Shown piece after piece: positions 1 through 9,640 of a stretch of DNA of 64,000 nt; the stretch's first letter is position 1; every line of letters starts with the position of its first letter. The notes below the pieces were generated by a model. The model was not told where the DNA came from. It ran no database searches and worked only from the letters and a program-made list of their open reading frames with translations. Position numbers and translations under genes: made by a program. Where the stretch lies: contig CM059433.1 in the NCBI GenBank assembly GCA_030390025.1, positions 7,194,001-7,258,000 of the forward strand. The letters run 5' to 3'. The DNA is from Squalus acanthias. Lineage: Eukaryota.

Positions 1-525
1 ACCGATCATACGGTAACAATGCAGGAGTGTTGTCGAACTTTGGCTTTACATTTTCACGCAACAGCAAAGGTTTTCCATAAAACCCAACAACTTAACTAGA
101 ATCAAACAGATCAGCGATGATTTTACACTAAGCTCTTGTGATTACTAAACAAATGAGTCATCGCTATCCCACTACTACACCACTGTAGCCTTGTAATAAT
201 ACAAATGCAAACAGGCCAGTAGCAGAGTTCAAAACAATCAGGCTGACAGGCTCTAAAATAAAAATATTAAACCTTAAACAGAAGAAGCTGTTTGCCAATA
301 TGTACTTAGATCACCAGAAATGAATAGAACTGCAGATATTTTTACAGAAAATTTCTGTTGTAAATAGGGCAGGAGGAACAGGTTTATGTTATAGCAACAT
401 ACTCTGGGAGAAGTAGATCTTGTAATCTAATCACAGTACACCTCAAACGTGTAGCAAAAAGATTAAAAGTAAAAATCAACATTCTTTGGGGGAAATGCCC
501 CCAGAACCCCTTACAAAGTAAATGT

Positions 526-714
526 TGTGATATGTATTGTACTTGCATATTGTTAATTGAACACTAGAGGACCCCCTGATGGAAGCAAGCATATCATGGC
601 AATTACATTCCAGGGTCCCCTCTTATATTACATTTTGTGTCCAGAGAGAATGTTCCAGGGTCTGAAATAAAAACAAACATTACATTGTCACACCAACTGA
701 AGGTTTGTTGGACA
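526..714 (+). repeat. 5' LTR
   Basis: TG...CA ends, AATAAA inside, direct repeat of 5296-5484. Confidence 0.8.
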
Positions 715-916
715 TAGTGACAAGGATAACGAACAACATGATATTACGAAGATTGAACATTGGAACATATTTGTTACTTAGGTACTGGTCAATCTTGACA
801 CAGTAAAATTTTTATCATGTCAGTATTGGTTGGAAAAATCGGAAGACTACCGAACGGAGTCTAGCTGCAGCGAGCATGCAGAAGGTTTGAATTTTTATTT
901 TGAGGCAAATAAACTT

Positions 917-1000
917 TTTTTAAATTTGTTTATGGGATGTGGGCGTCGCTGGCAAGGCCAGCATTTATTGCCCATCCCTAATTGCCCTTGAGAAGGTGGC
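917..1000 (-). mobile_element. 3' tail fragment of a SINE/LINE inserted in the gag remnant
   Basis: Reverse complement of the tail at ~52890-52975; flanked by AAACTT on both sides. Confidence 0.7.
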
Positions 1001-1070
1001 AAAACTTACAACAGATGCCAAAAAGAGAGCAGTTTGCTTACTATGTGTGAAGCTGCAGCGTACACATTAA

Positions 1071-1818
1071 GGGGGTGATTTTGCCAATGGGGATGTGATT
1101 TTGCCAATGGGGATGTGATGGAGGCGGGACTGCTGCTTGTCGGGTTTTAGTCCCGCCGCCATCGACGTCCGGCCAACCCACGCTATTTTCCCTTGATTGA
1201 CCTTGTTAAGCCCGCCCAGATGAATTGTCATCGTTTGACAGCTTTGAGAAGCTGTCAAACACTGACATTCTCTGTTGTTTGGTGAGTGCTTGTATTCAAG
1301 ACGCACCAAACCTATTTCCTGAGCAGAAATCAGATGGCTGTTGCATCGGAAAATGCAGCAGCCATTCTGTCATCTCTGCCGTGGAGATGCCGGAGCCTCC
1401 GGATCCCCAACGTTTGAAGCCTGCAGGAAGAAACAAAGGTAAGGAAACTTTTTCTAAGACTTTTCACTCACCTCACATACTTACCTCTCCACACTTGCAC
1501 CCATCTCTTACCTCCACAGCATACTTTTCGAACCCTCTGACCCCCGCAGACCCACTGCTCACCTCGCTGACCCTGGCGGGGTTTCCCGACGTCAGGAAGC
1601 CCGCACTTGTGTTGGAAAAATGAGGATAATCCTGTTAACTACCTGTAACTACCTGTAATCCCCTTCCCGCCTCGAGGAGACGGGTCCCAGCTCAAGTTGG
1701 GGACCCGCCTCCTGGGAAGATGGCACGGAGGCAGGTTGGGGGCAGGTTCGGTACCCGCTCCCAGTTTCTGCCATTTTCCCGGCAGTCCCGCCTCCCCAGG
1801 GCTGGCAAAATCGCCCCC
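1071..1818. mobile_element. Non-autonomous DNA transposon (MITE-like)
   Basis: TIRs GGGGGTGATTTTGCCA / TGGCAAAATCGCCCCC; 20-bp tandem duplication at the left end; interrupts the gag remnant. Confidence 0.75.
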
Positions 1819-2758
1819 ATAGAATCTGATTGCTCTTGACCAGCCTATTAGAAAAGAATGAGGAGTTAATAGTCTGTACTCCTTTAAGGTGCTCCTTAAA
1901 ACCTACCTCTTTGACCAAGCTTTTGGTTACCTGTTTTTCAATTATCAACTTACCAGTGTGACATCAAGTTTAAACCATCAAAATCAATTGCCAAAGCAGA
2001 TTTTCTGCCTACCAAAATCGTTCAGTTATTGCCAACGATTCGACCATCAAGAAATTGTTTACTGAGCAGCTGACTCACTTCCCATCACAACAACAAAGTG
2101 CCTTTAATGCAGTAAAACGTCCCAAGAGGTATGTCAGGGTAAGTGACTTACGTAATGCTACAGTGCAAGGCCCTGTATTATCCCATGTTACGTACTAAGT
2201 GGTGAATGGCTGGCCAGATCATGGAGTTTCACCACGATTATATGGTAGGCATTGAGATGAGTTGTCGATCAAAGATGGGTGTTCGCTTTGTGGACTTTGT
2301 GTTGCTATTCCGAAACTGTACGATCCAGAAACGACATGCCGATCATCCTGGTATAGTAAAGATGAAAGGAGTAGCTAGAATGCACATGCGGTGGCTTTCC
2401 CTACAAGCAACATAGAAGATGCTGTTCATGAGCGCCAAACTTGTCAGATCAACTTACCTGTAAACTCGACTGAACCTAGTTCTTGGCAGTGGCTGACAAA
2501 ACCAAGGCAGTGTATTCTTGTTGATTTTGCTGAGCTGAAGACATATTTTTTAAAAAACTTATTTTGGATTCTCATAGTAAATGACTTGAAGTGGCTCTGA
2601 TGCCGTCAACAGATGCAATGGCAACGATTGATGTGTTACGATATTTGTTTGCCTGATATGGACTTCCGGTACAGCTGGTCTCTGACAATGGGCCACCTTT
2701 TCAGTCATAAAAGATTTTTCTCAATTTTTGAATAAGAATGGAATGTTTCATATTACTT

Positions 2759-3553
2759 AGAGTCGACAGAACCGAAACAGGCCTTTCGGCCCAACAGGTC
2801 CATGTAGGTGTTTGTGCTCCACTTGAGCCTCCACCCACCCCATTTCATCTAACTCTTATCAGCATATCCTTTCATTCCTTTCTTCCTCATGTGCTTATCT
2901 AGCTTCCCCTTAAATGCATCTATGCTATTCGCCTCAACTACTCCTTGTGGTAGCCAGTTCCACATTCTTACCACAGTTTGGGTAAATAAGTTTCTCCTGA
3001 ATTCCCTATTGGATTTATTAGTGACTATCTTATATTGATGGCCCCTAGTTTTGATCTCCCCCACAAGTGGAAACATCTTCTCTACGTCTACCCTATCAAA
3101 CCCTTTCATAATCTTAAAGACCTCTATCAGGTCACCCCTTAGCCTTCTCTTTTCTAGAGAAAAGAGACCCAGTCTCTTGTTCAGTCTTTCTAATAAGTAT
3201 ATCCTCTCAGTTCTGCTATCATCCTTATGAATCTTTCTTGCACTTTCTCCAGTGCCTCTATATCCTTTTTATAATATGGAGACCAGAACTGTGCATGGTA
3301 CTCCAAGTGTGGTCTAAGCAAGGTTCGATACAAGTTTAATATTAACTTCTCTGCTTTTCAATTCTATCCCTCTAGAAATGAACCCCAGTGCTTGGTTTGC
3401 TTTTTTATGACCTTATCAACTTGTGTCGCCACTTTTAGTGGTTTGTGCATCTGTACCCCTAGATCCTTCTGCACCTCTACCCCATTTTGACTCTTATTAT
3501 CCAAACAGTATGTGGCCGCTTTATTCTTCCTACCAAAATATAACACCTCACAC
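2759..3553 (-). mobile_element. 5'-truncated CR1 LINE inserted in the integrase remnant
   Basis: Minus ORFs KGFDRVDVEKMFPLVG...TRGH..., KCEVLYFGRKN; TTACTT on both flanks (2753-2758, 3554-3559). Confidence 0.9.
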
Positions 3554-4529
3554 TTACTTCTCCACTCAGACACCCACTGTCAAATGGGGACATTGAGAGG
3601 GTTGTATGTACTTTCAAAACTTCTCTTAAAAAAGTGTTACAAGAACCTAGCACCATGCATCAGAAATTAGCTGTATTTCTTTTGAGTTATTGTACGATGC
3701 CTCACACTGTTACAAGTATGACACCTGAGTTATTCGCTGGAAGAAAGTTACACACTCATTTTCATATTTTTATACCTAACTTGGAAACATCAGTGTTGAA
3801 AAGAAAACTTTGTAATACTGAATTGCCAACTTCAAAGCAATATCGCGTGTGAGAAATAGTATTATGTCTTGATTTCCCTGGGAATATGAAAATATGGAGT
3901 GTTGGTGTTATTGAACAGAAGATTGGAGCAGTAACGTTTTTACTCTGGGTGGATGCCATCATAAGGATCAGTTATGAAAACCGTATCGATCTGCTGCCGT
4001 TGATGTAGCAAATGATAACGTAGCGTGTAACCGACCGCCAATGCCTATTTCACCTGAGGAAGTAACTGTTACAACTCTTCAGAAGTTTCAGATATTTCAC
4101 CTATTCCCATGTGTGCCAATCAAGCACCTCCCGGGATGTTGTTTGCACTCTTGATTCTGGCGTGAACTCACCAGGATGGTCTCTGCAGAAAATTGTGAAA
4201 CCCAACGGCGTTGAAATCAAAACTGAGAAGTTACCATCTACTGCTCCTGTTATTAGTCCCGCCACAGCCACTGTCAAACCTACTCGACGGTATCCTTAAA
4301 GGTCAAGGGAATCTCCAAATCATTTGGACTTTTAGATAGTTAATGAGGGTAGTGGTTTTCATTATGGTTTCAGTGTTGGGAAAACCCATCTTTCCTCCAG
4401 TGTTTATTTTTTAAATCACTATTATATGACAAAGTGGCTCAATGCCTTTAATTGCCATTTTTACCTGTTAACCAAATTCATTCTTGGAGATGGTTATTGT
4501 CACCTCAAAGTTCTAAGGGGAGAAAGTAA

Positions 4530-5293
4530 TGGGCCGGATTTTGCGACCCCCACGGGTGTGTACGAGGTGCGTATGCGCCCGTAGGGGGCCGCGCAACTAG
4601 CCGGTTTCAGGCATCCGAAGTGCATGCGCTGAAAACCGGCACTTCCGATCTGTCAGGAATTCTCTTGACAGATCATCCGCCTGCCCGGGAGACGGGCCTC
4701 CGCGGGTGGAGAGTTGCGCTTTTTGCACAACTTCCGCCCGCTGAATGACTGTCAAATTCTTGCACCTGACAAAAGCAGGCGTAAGGCCGGCTTTTACCAG
4801 CTTAAGAGTTTTAAAAAAATAGAAAAATGAAATTTGATAACTCATTTATAAATTAAAAATACTCTTCAAAAAGGTAGGTTTATTTTTAGCCCCGTAAAAA
4901 CATTCAATTTTTTTCCCAAAAATTAATTTTTTGTTTAAAATATTTAATTAAATGGCATTTTAATTAATTTTATATATGTAATGGTTTTTCTTTATTTATT
5001 TCAGTGTGTTTGTGCATTTTTGCAGTCACCCCCATTCATACTTTTGACAGTTCTGTGCGTACGGAACTGGCAAAAGTATGAAGGGGGATTCCCTTCTTCC
5101 ATTGGTTCGCCTGGCCCACGTGATCCCAGGGGCGCTTGCAATCCGCCTGCGCCCCTGGGATACGCGGGCCTCTGCGCATTTCGAAGAGGAGAGGCCCAGG
5201 ATCGCATACCTCGGTATCTACGGAACCAGCAGGTAGGTTCGTAGATTTTTTTCCATCCACCCGCAGGAAGCCTCCGATCGGAAATTCAGGGTC
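4530..5293. mobile_element. Non-autonomous TIR element
   Basis: Ends TGGGCCGGATTTTGCG / GGAAATTCAGGGTCA; GC-rich ends with AT-rich core; same end type as 29683-30432. Confidence 0.65.
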
Positions 5294-5295
5294 AT

Positions 5296-5484
5296 TATGT
5301 ATTGTGCTTGCATATTGTTAATTGAATATTAGAGGGCCTCCTGATGGAAGCAAGCATATTGTAGCAATTACACTCCAGGGTCTCCTCTTATAGTGAATGT
5401 TGTATTCAGAGAGAATGCTCGAGAGTCTGAAAGCAAAGCAGCCATTACATTGCCACACCAAATGAAGGTTTATCGGACGTAACA
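5296..5484 (+). repeat. 3' LTR (first few bases separated by a TIR element)
   Basis: Direct repeat of 532-714, ends GTAACA. Confidence 0.8.
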
Positions 5485-5693
5485 GTTTGCACCACCAGAG
5501 TTCGTTCTAATTCTTTTCTTATGTCACGCATGAGGCTATTAGGTTTCAATTTTCACAGAAATTCAATGTTCCAACTGAACTGTGGAATGTGATCCCAAAA
5601 CACAAATAAAAATCCTGAAATACAATATAATAAAAAGGAATTTAACTTCTTCAGATGGAGTATTTGCATTTTCTGAGATTTGCAGGTTGGCAC

Positions 5694-7440
5694 TAGGGTT
5701 GCCAGCCCTCCAGGATTGGCTTTGAGGCTCCAGGAATTGAAGATTAATCTCCAGGACACTGCTGTCAGCAACCTGGGAGAAAGATAATTAGGGCATTAAA
5801 AAAATTGTGGTTTTTTTTTATTTTCTTTGAACACTTTCATTTATTAGTTGTAAAAATATGGGAGATGGGACAAAGGCTGCTTGACTGACAGTCAAGAATT
5901 GTCCAATTGGGCAAGTCTGTTCGCTTTCCAATTGGCGTGGGAAGATGGTGCACAGTAAGGATGGAAGTGTTGGGTGACCAATGACGGGAGCGATAGGGTT
6001 CCCAACCCTCCTGCTTTGGCCGGGAGTCTACATGAATGGGCGACTGTTCTCCTGAGCGCTGCTGCTAGTGACTCGGGAGAAACAGTCCTCGTATGCGCGG
6101 TTCACGCATGCGCAGTACCCCAGCTGTCATGCCTTGCAACCAAATCGCATTGTCTGAGCCCTGCTGGTCTCCCCGATATTCAGAATTCACTGCTTCGTTG
6201 TCAGTTATGAGGATGGTGGCATCGGGGCCAATGAAAATCACCTGGAAACACTGAGTCCTGAACGTGCAACACAAACTGGGAGAGGGACGGAGAGAAACAC
6301 AAACTGGGGGAGGGAGGGAGACAGAAAGACAAACTGGGCAGAAGGACAGAGAGAAACACAAACTGAGGAGAGAGAGAAATACAAACTGGGGAGAGGAAGA
6401 GAGAGAGAGCGCAACACAAACTGGGGGAGGGAGAGAAACACAAACTGGGGAGAAAGAGAGAGAAACACAAATGGGCAAAGAACAGAGAAACACAAACTGG
6501 GGAGAGAGAGAGAAACACAAACGGGAGGGAGAGAGGGAGAAACACAAACTGGGGAATCGGATGGAGAGAGAGAAACAAACTGGGGAGAAGGGAGAGATAA
6601 GGAGAAATAAAAACGGGATGGAGAGAGAGAGAGAAACAAACTGGGGAGGAAGAGAGAAACAAACGGGAGAAGGGAGAGAAACAAGCAGGAGAAGGAGGTA
6701 GAGAGCAACACAAACTGGGGAGGGAGCGAGAGAGAAACAAACTGGGGAGGGAAAGAGAAACAGAAACTGGGGAGGGAGAGAAGGAGAACAATACAAACTG
6801 GAGGGCAGGAGAGAGATAGCAAAACAAACTGGAGAGAGGGAGAGTTCATGTCAGCCTGTGATTTGCATGGTTGTATAATGTGTTTTGTTCCGAGAGTCAG
6901 GCAGCTTTGGTGCTGCTCCCTGAGGACTGAGCCTCACCTCCCTGAAGATGGGCATCAGCAGTAAGGTGGGAGTCAGTGAACTGAATTAGGTTTGGTTTTG
7001 GTTTTATTTATTATTTTTAATAACTTGCTGTGTATTGTAAAAAGTCATAAATTTGTACAAAGACTTTAGTTAGAAGTTACTTATAGCGATGATGTTTTTT
7101 TGAATTAGTGGTATTTACTTAGTGTTTCTCATTGTGGCCGAAACTGTAGACGCATCACATAAGTAGTTTTTATTTAAACATTACTTATCCTTAAATCTTT
7201 CTATTCTTTTGTATTCTTTCTTTGATTTATAAATTATGCTATTCATCCCACTATAAAGCAAAAAGCCAAATATTTTATTCCGGGCTTGGTGATACTTGGA
7301 AACTCAACTAAGGTAAATGTAATAATATTTGTAAACAGTGGGCAAATGTCACATGATCAAATGCCATGTGATTAAAGCATCACATGAACAGTGTCACATG
7401 ATCAAATCTCTAGGAATACATCAAACCAGAGTTAGCAGTT
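5694..7440. mobile_element. Nested decayed TAGGGTTGCCA-type (hAT-like) non-autonomous elements
   Basis: Two TAGGGTT(G/C)CCA starts (~5694, ~5994) and a degenerate matching end near 7410-7437. Confidence 0.45.
6267..6845 (+). repeat. Degenerate purine-rich minisatellite (ACACAAACTGGGG + GA-rich spacer, ~27-35 bp)
   Basis: About 20 copies of (AC)AAACTGGGG separated by GA tracts. Confidence 0.9.
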
Positions 7441-7529
7441 GGAGGTTATGAGATGAAACCTTCAGCTTTTGCTCACCTCTTCTAATCTCTGACTCCCTGG
7501 CTGGGTGTGAGTTTCCTTATCTATTCAGT

Positions 7530-8002
7530 GAATCATAGGCTGATACAGCTCAGAAGGAGGCCATTCGGCTCATCGTGCCTGTGCCGATTCTATGGTAGAG
7601 CTATCCAATTATTCCCACTCAATGTTCCCTGTAGGCTGTGCGGCCACGCAGCACTCCAGGGAACCCATGCAGCCGGCTTGTGGCTTTTCAATACAAAAAT
7701 TGCGCATGTGCGGTATTTTAAAAGGGCTGGGCGGCGCCAAAAAAAAATTAGAGGGAACATTGGTCCCACTCCTCTGCTCTTTCCCCTTAGCCCTTCAAAT
7801 TTTTCCCCTTAAAATATATATCCAATTCCCTTTTGAATGTTACTACTGAATCTGCTTCCACCACCCTTTCAGACAGCGCATTACAGATCACAACAACTGG
7901 CTGTGTGCAAAATTGTTTCATATCGCCTCTGGTTGTTTAGCCAATTATCTTAAATCTGTGCGCTCTGGTGACCGACCCTGCTACTGGAAACAGATTCTCC
8001 AT
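7530..8002 (-). mobile_element. CR1 3' fragment containing a hAT MITE
   Basis: Reverse-strand CR1 3' end (GAAGGAGGCCATTCGGC..., CTTCCACCACCCTTTCAG). Confidence 0.75.
7620..7762. mobile_element. hAT-type MITE
   Basis: TIR CAATGTTCCCT/AGGGAACATTG; 8-bp TSD TTCCCACT/GTCCCACT. Confidence 0.85.
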
Positions 8003-8014
8003 ATTTATTACATC

Positions 8015-9152
8015 GGATATACGGCACAGAAACAGGCCATTCAGCCCAACCAGTCCATGCCAGTGTTTATGCTCCACACGAGCCTCCTCCCGTCTTTCCT
8101 CATCTAAATCTATCAGCATAACCCTCTATTCCCTTCTCCCTCATATGCTTGTCTAGCTTCCCCTTAAATGCGTCTATACTATTCGCTTCAACCACTCCCT
8201 GTGGTAGCGAGTTCCACATTCTCACCACTCTCTGGGTAAAGAAGTTCCTTCTGAATTCCCTATTGGATTTCTTGGTGACTATCTTATATTGATGGCCTCT
8301 AGTTATGCTCTTCCCTACAAGTGGACATATGCCTCGGATAGCTGGAGCTGCCTGGGTGACGTCCCCTTAATATCGCATCGTTAAGACCTGGTGGAGGACT
8401 GTGCCTGGGCGTCTCCAGCTATCCCCAGTGGAAGACATCTTCTCCCCCTCACCAGAAGAACATCAGAGACTTTGTGATTCCATCGGAGAGTGCACGCCTG
8501 CAAGCACCCACCCACCATCGGAGGGTGGCGACCCCGCCCCTGCTGCCTCTCTCCTTACCCCCCCTCTCTCTTTCTCTACCTCTCTCTCTGAGAGGCTCCT
8601 TAATTATTTTAATGATTGAGCAGAGGGAAGAAGGCCCCTCTCCCATCATAGAGTCATAACGGCACAGAAGGAGGCCATTCGGCCCATCGAGTCCGTGCCG
8701 GCTCTCTGTGGAGCAATCCAGTCAGTCCCATTCCCCCGCTCTATCCCCGTAGCCCTGCAAGTTTATTTCCCTCGAGTGCCTATCCAGTCTCCCCTTGAAA
8801 ACATTGAGTGTCTCCGCTTCCACCACTTCTGTCGGCAGCGAGTTCCAGGTCCTCGCCGCTTGCTGCGTAAAAAAGTTTTTCCTCACATTCCCCCTGTATC
8901 TCTTGCCCAAAACCTTAAATCTGTGTCCCCTAGTCCTTGTACCATCAACCAGTGGGAACAGCCTTTCCCCGTCTAGCCTATCCAAACCCGTCATAATCTT
9001 GTACACCTCTATCAAATCAGCATCAATCAACAAAGGGAGAGGTGTGCCTTCATTTAACAGCAGCCTCTGCTCGAGGAGCAACAAAAACACAAGTGGAAAC
9101 ATTCTCTCTGTATCCACTCTTATCAAAAATTTTCATAATTTTAAAGACCTTT
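8015..9152 (-). mobile_element. CR1 3' fragment split by a nested insertion (8326-9088), itself containing a young CR1 (8649-9015)
   Basis: ACAAGTGGA duplicated at 8317-8325 and 9089-9097; inner CR1 is near-identical to 41132-41440. Confidence 0.8.
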
Positions 9153-9239
9153 ATTATTCTTGCGAAGCGTCTTAGGATTTTTTAAATTTGCTTTGAAGGC
9201 CCTATATATATTTTAAAAATTGAAAACCTGACTGTCTCC

Positions 9240-9640
9240 TTTACCAACATGGCGCCCGGTTTCCTCAAACTCCATTTTCTATCCCCCGCCCCGCCCAAAT
9301 TTGGCGGCAGCACTTCCGGGCTGAATAGGATCGTTTCCGGGTTGCTCGGTGTCCCGGCTGAAGCGGTGTTGGTGGTGGGTTTCCTCTTCCGGCCCGGGAG
9401 CGCGGGGGAGGAAAAAAAAACCAGCTGAGGACCGGACTGTTGTACCGCCCGGAGGCTCGGCGATGACCGTGCGAGGCCTCGCCGCCGCCCTGGCCCTGGT
9501 GCTGCTGGCTGTGTGTCGGGTGGGAGACGCCGCCGCCAGCCAGGGAGTCGGGGCCCAGTCAGAGGACGAGGGCCAGGAACGCCAGCTCGGTAAGAGGACA
9601 GACTGCCAGCCCACAGCGGCTCGGACTGGCGCTTTACTGA
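9240..9640 (+). promoter_or_regulatory. CpG-rich promoter and exon 1 region of ADAM17
   Basis: Sharp CpG/GC enrichment; YY1-like CAACATGGCG 9245-9254; GC boxes CCCCGCCCCGCCC 9284-9296; ETS-like CACTTCCGG 9311-9319, TTTCCGG near 9334, CTTCCGG near 9386. Confidence 0.75.
9463..9589 (+). CDS. ADAM17: ADAM17 exon 1 coding part (signal peptide)
   Basis: ATG 9463, [42 protein letters not shown]; donor G|GTAAGA; phase 1 fits exon 2; lies in CpG-rich region. Confidence 0.88.

Larger units (their letters stand above)
526..5484 (+). mobile_element. Decayed Ty3/Gypsy-type LTR retrotransposon, internally deleted, with nested insertions
   Basis: Paired ~190-bp LTRs (526-714 and ~5296-5484, about 84% identical by hand count); PBS-like TAGTGACAAGGAT 715-727; PPT AAGGGGAGAAA near 4515-4525; gag remnants (NFYFEAN, DAKKRAV); integrase remnants HPGIVKMKGVAR, VDFA, SDNGPPF, SNG.IER, FLLSY. 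Confidence 0.85.

Noticed and set aside
518..5489. Target-site duplication for the Gypsy element
   Set aside because: Flanks (AATGT or GTAAA versus GTTTG) do not match; not supportable.
6065..6849. Long ORFs of 200-243 aa on the minus strand and 145 aa on the plus strand
   Set aside because: Low-complexity translations of the GA-rich tandem repeat.
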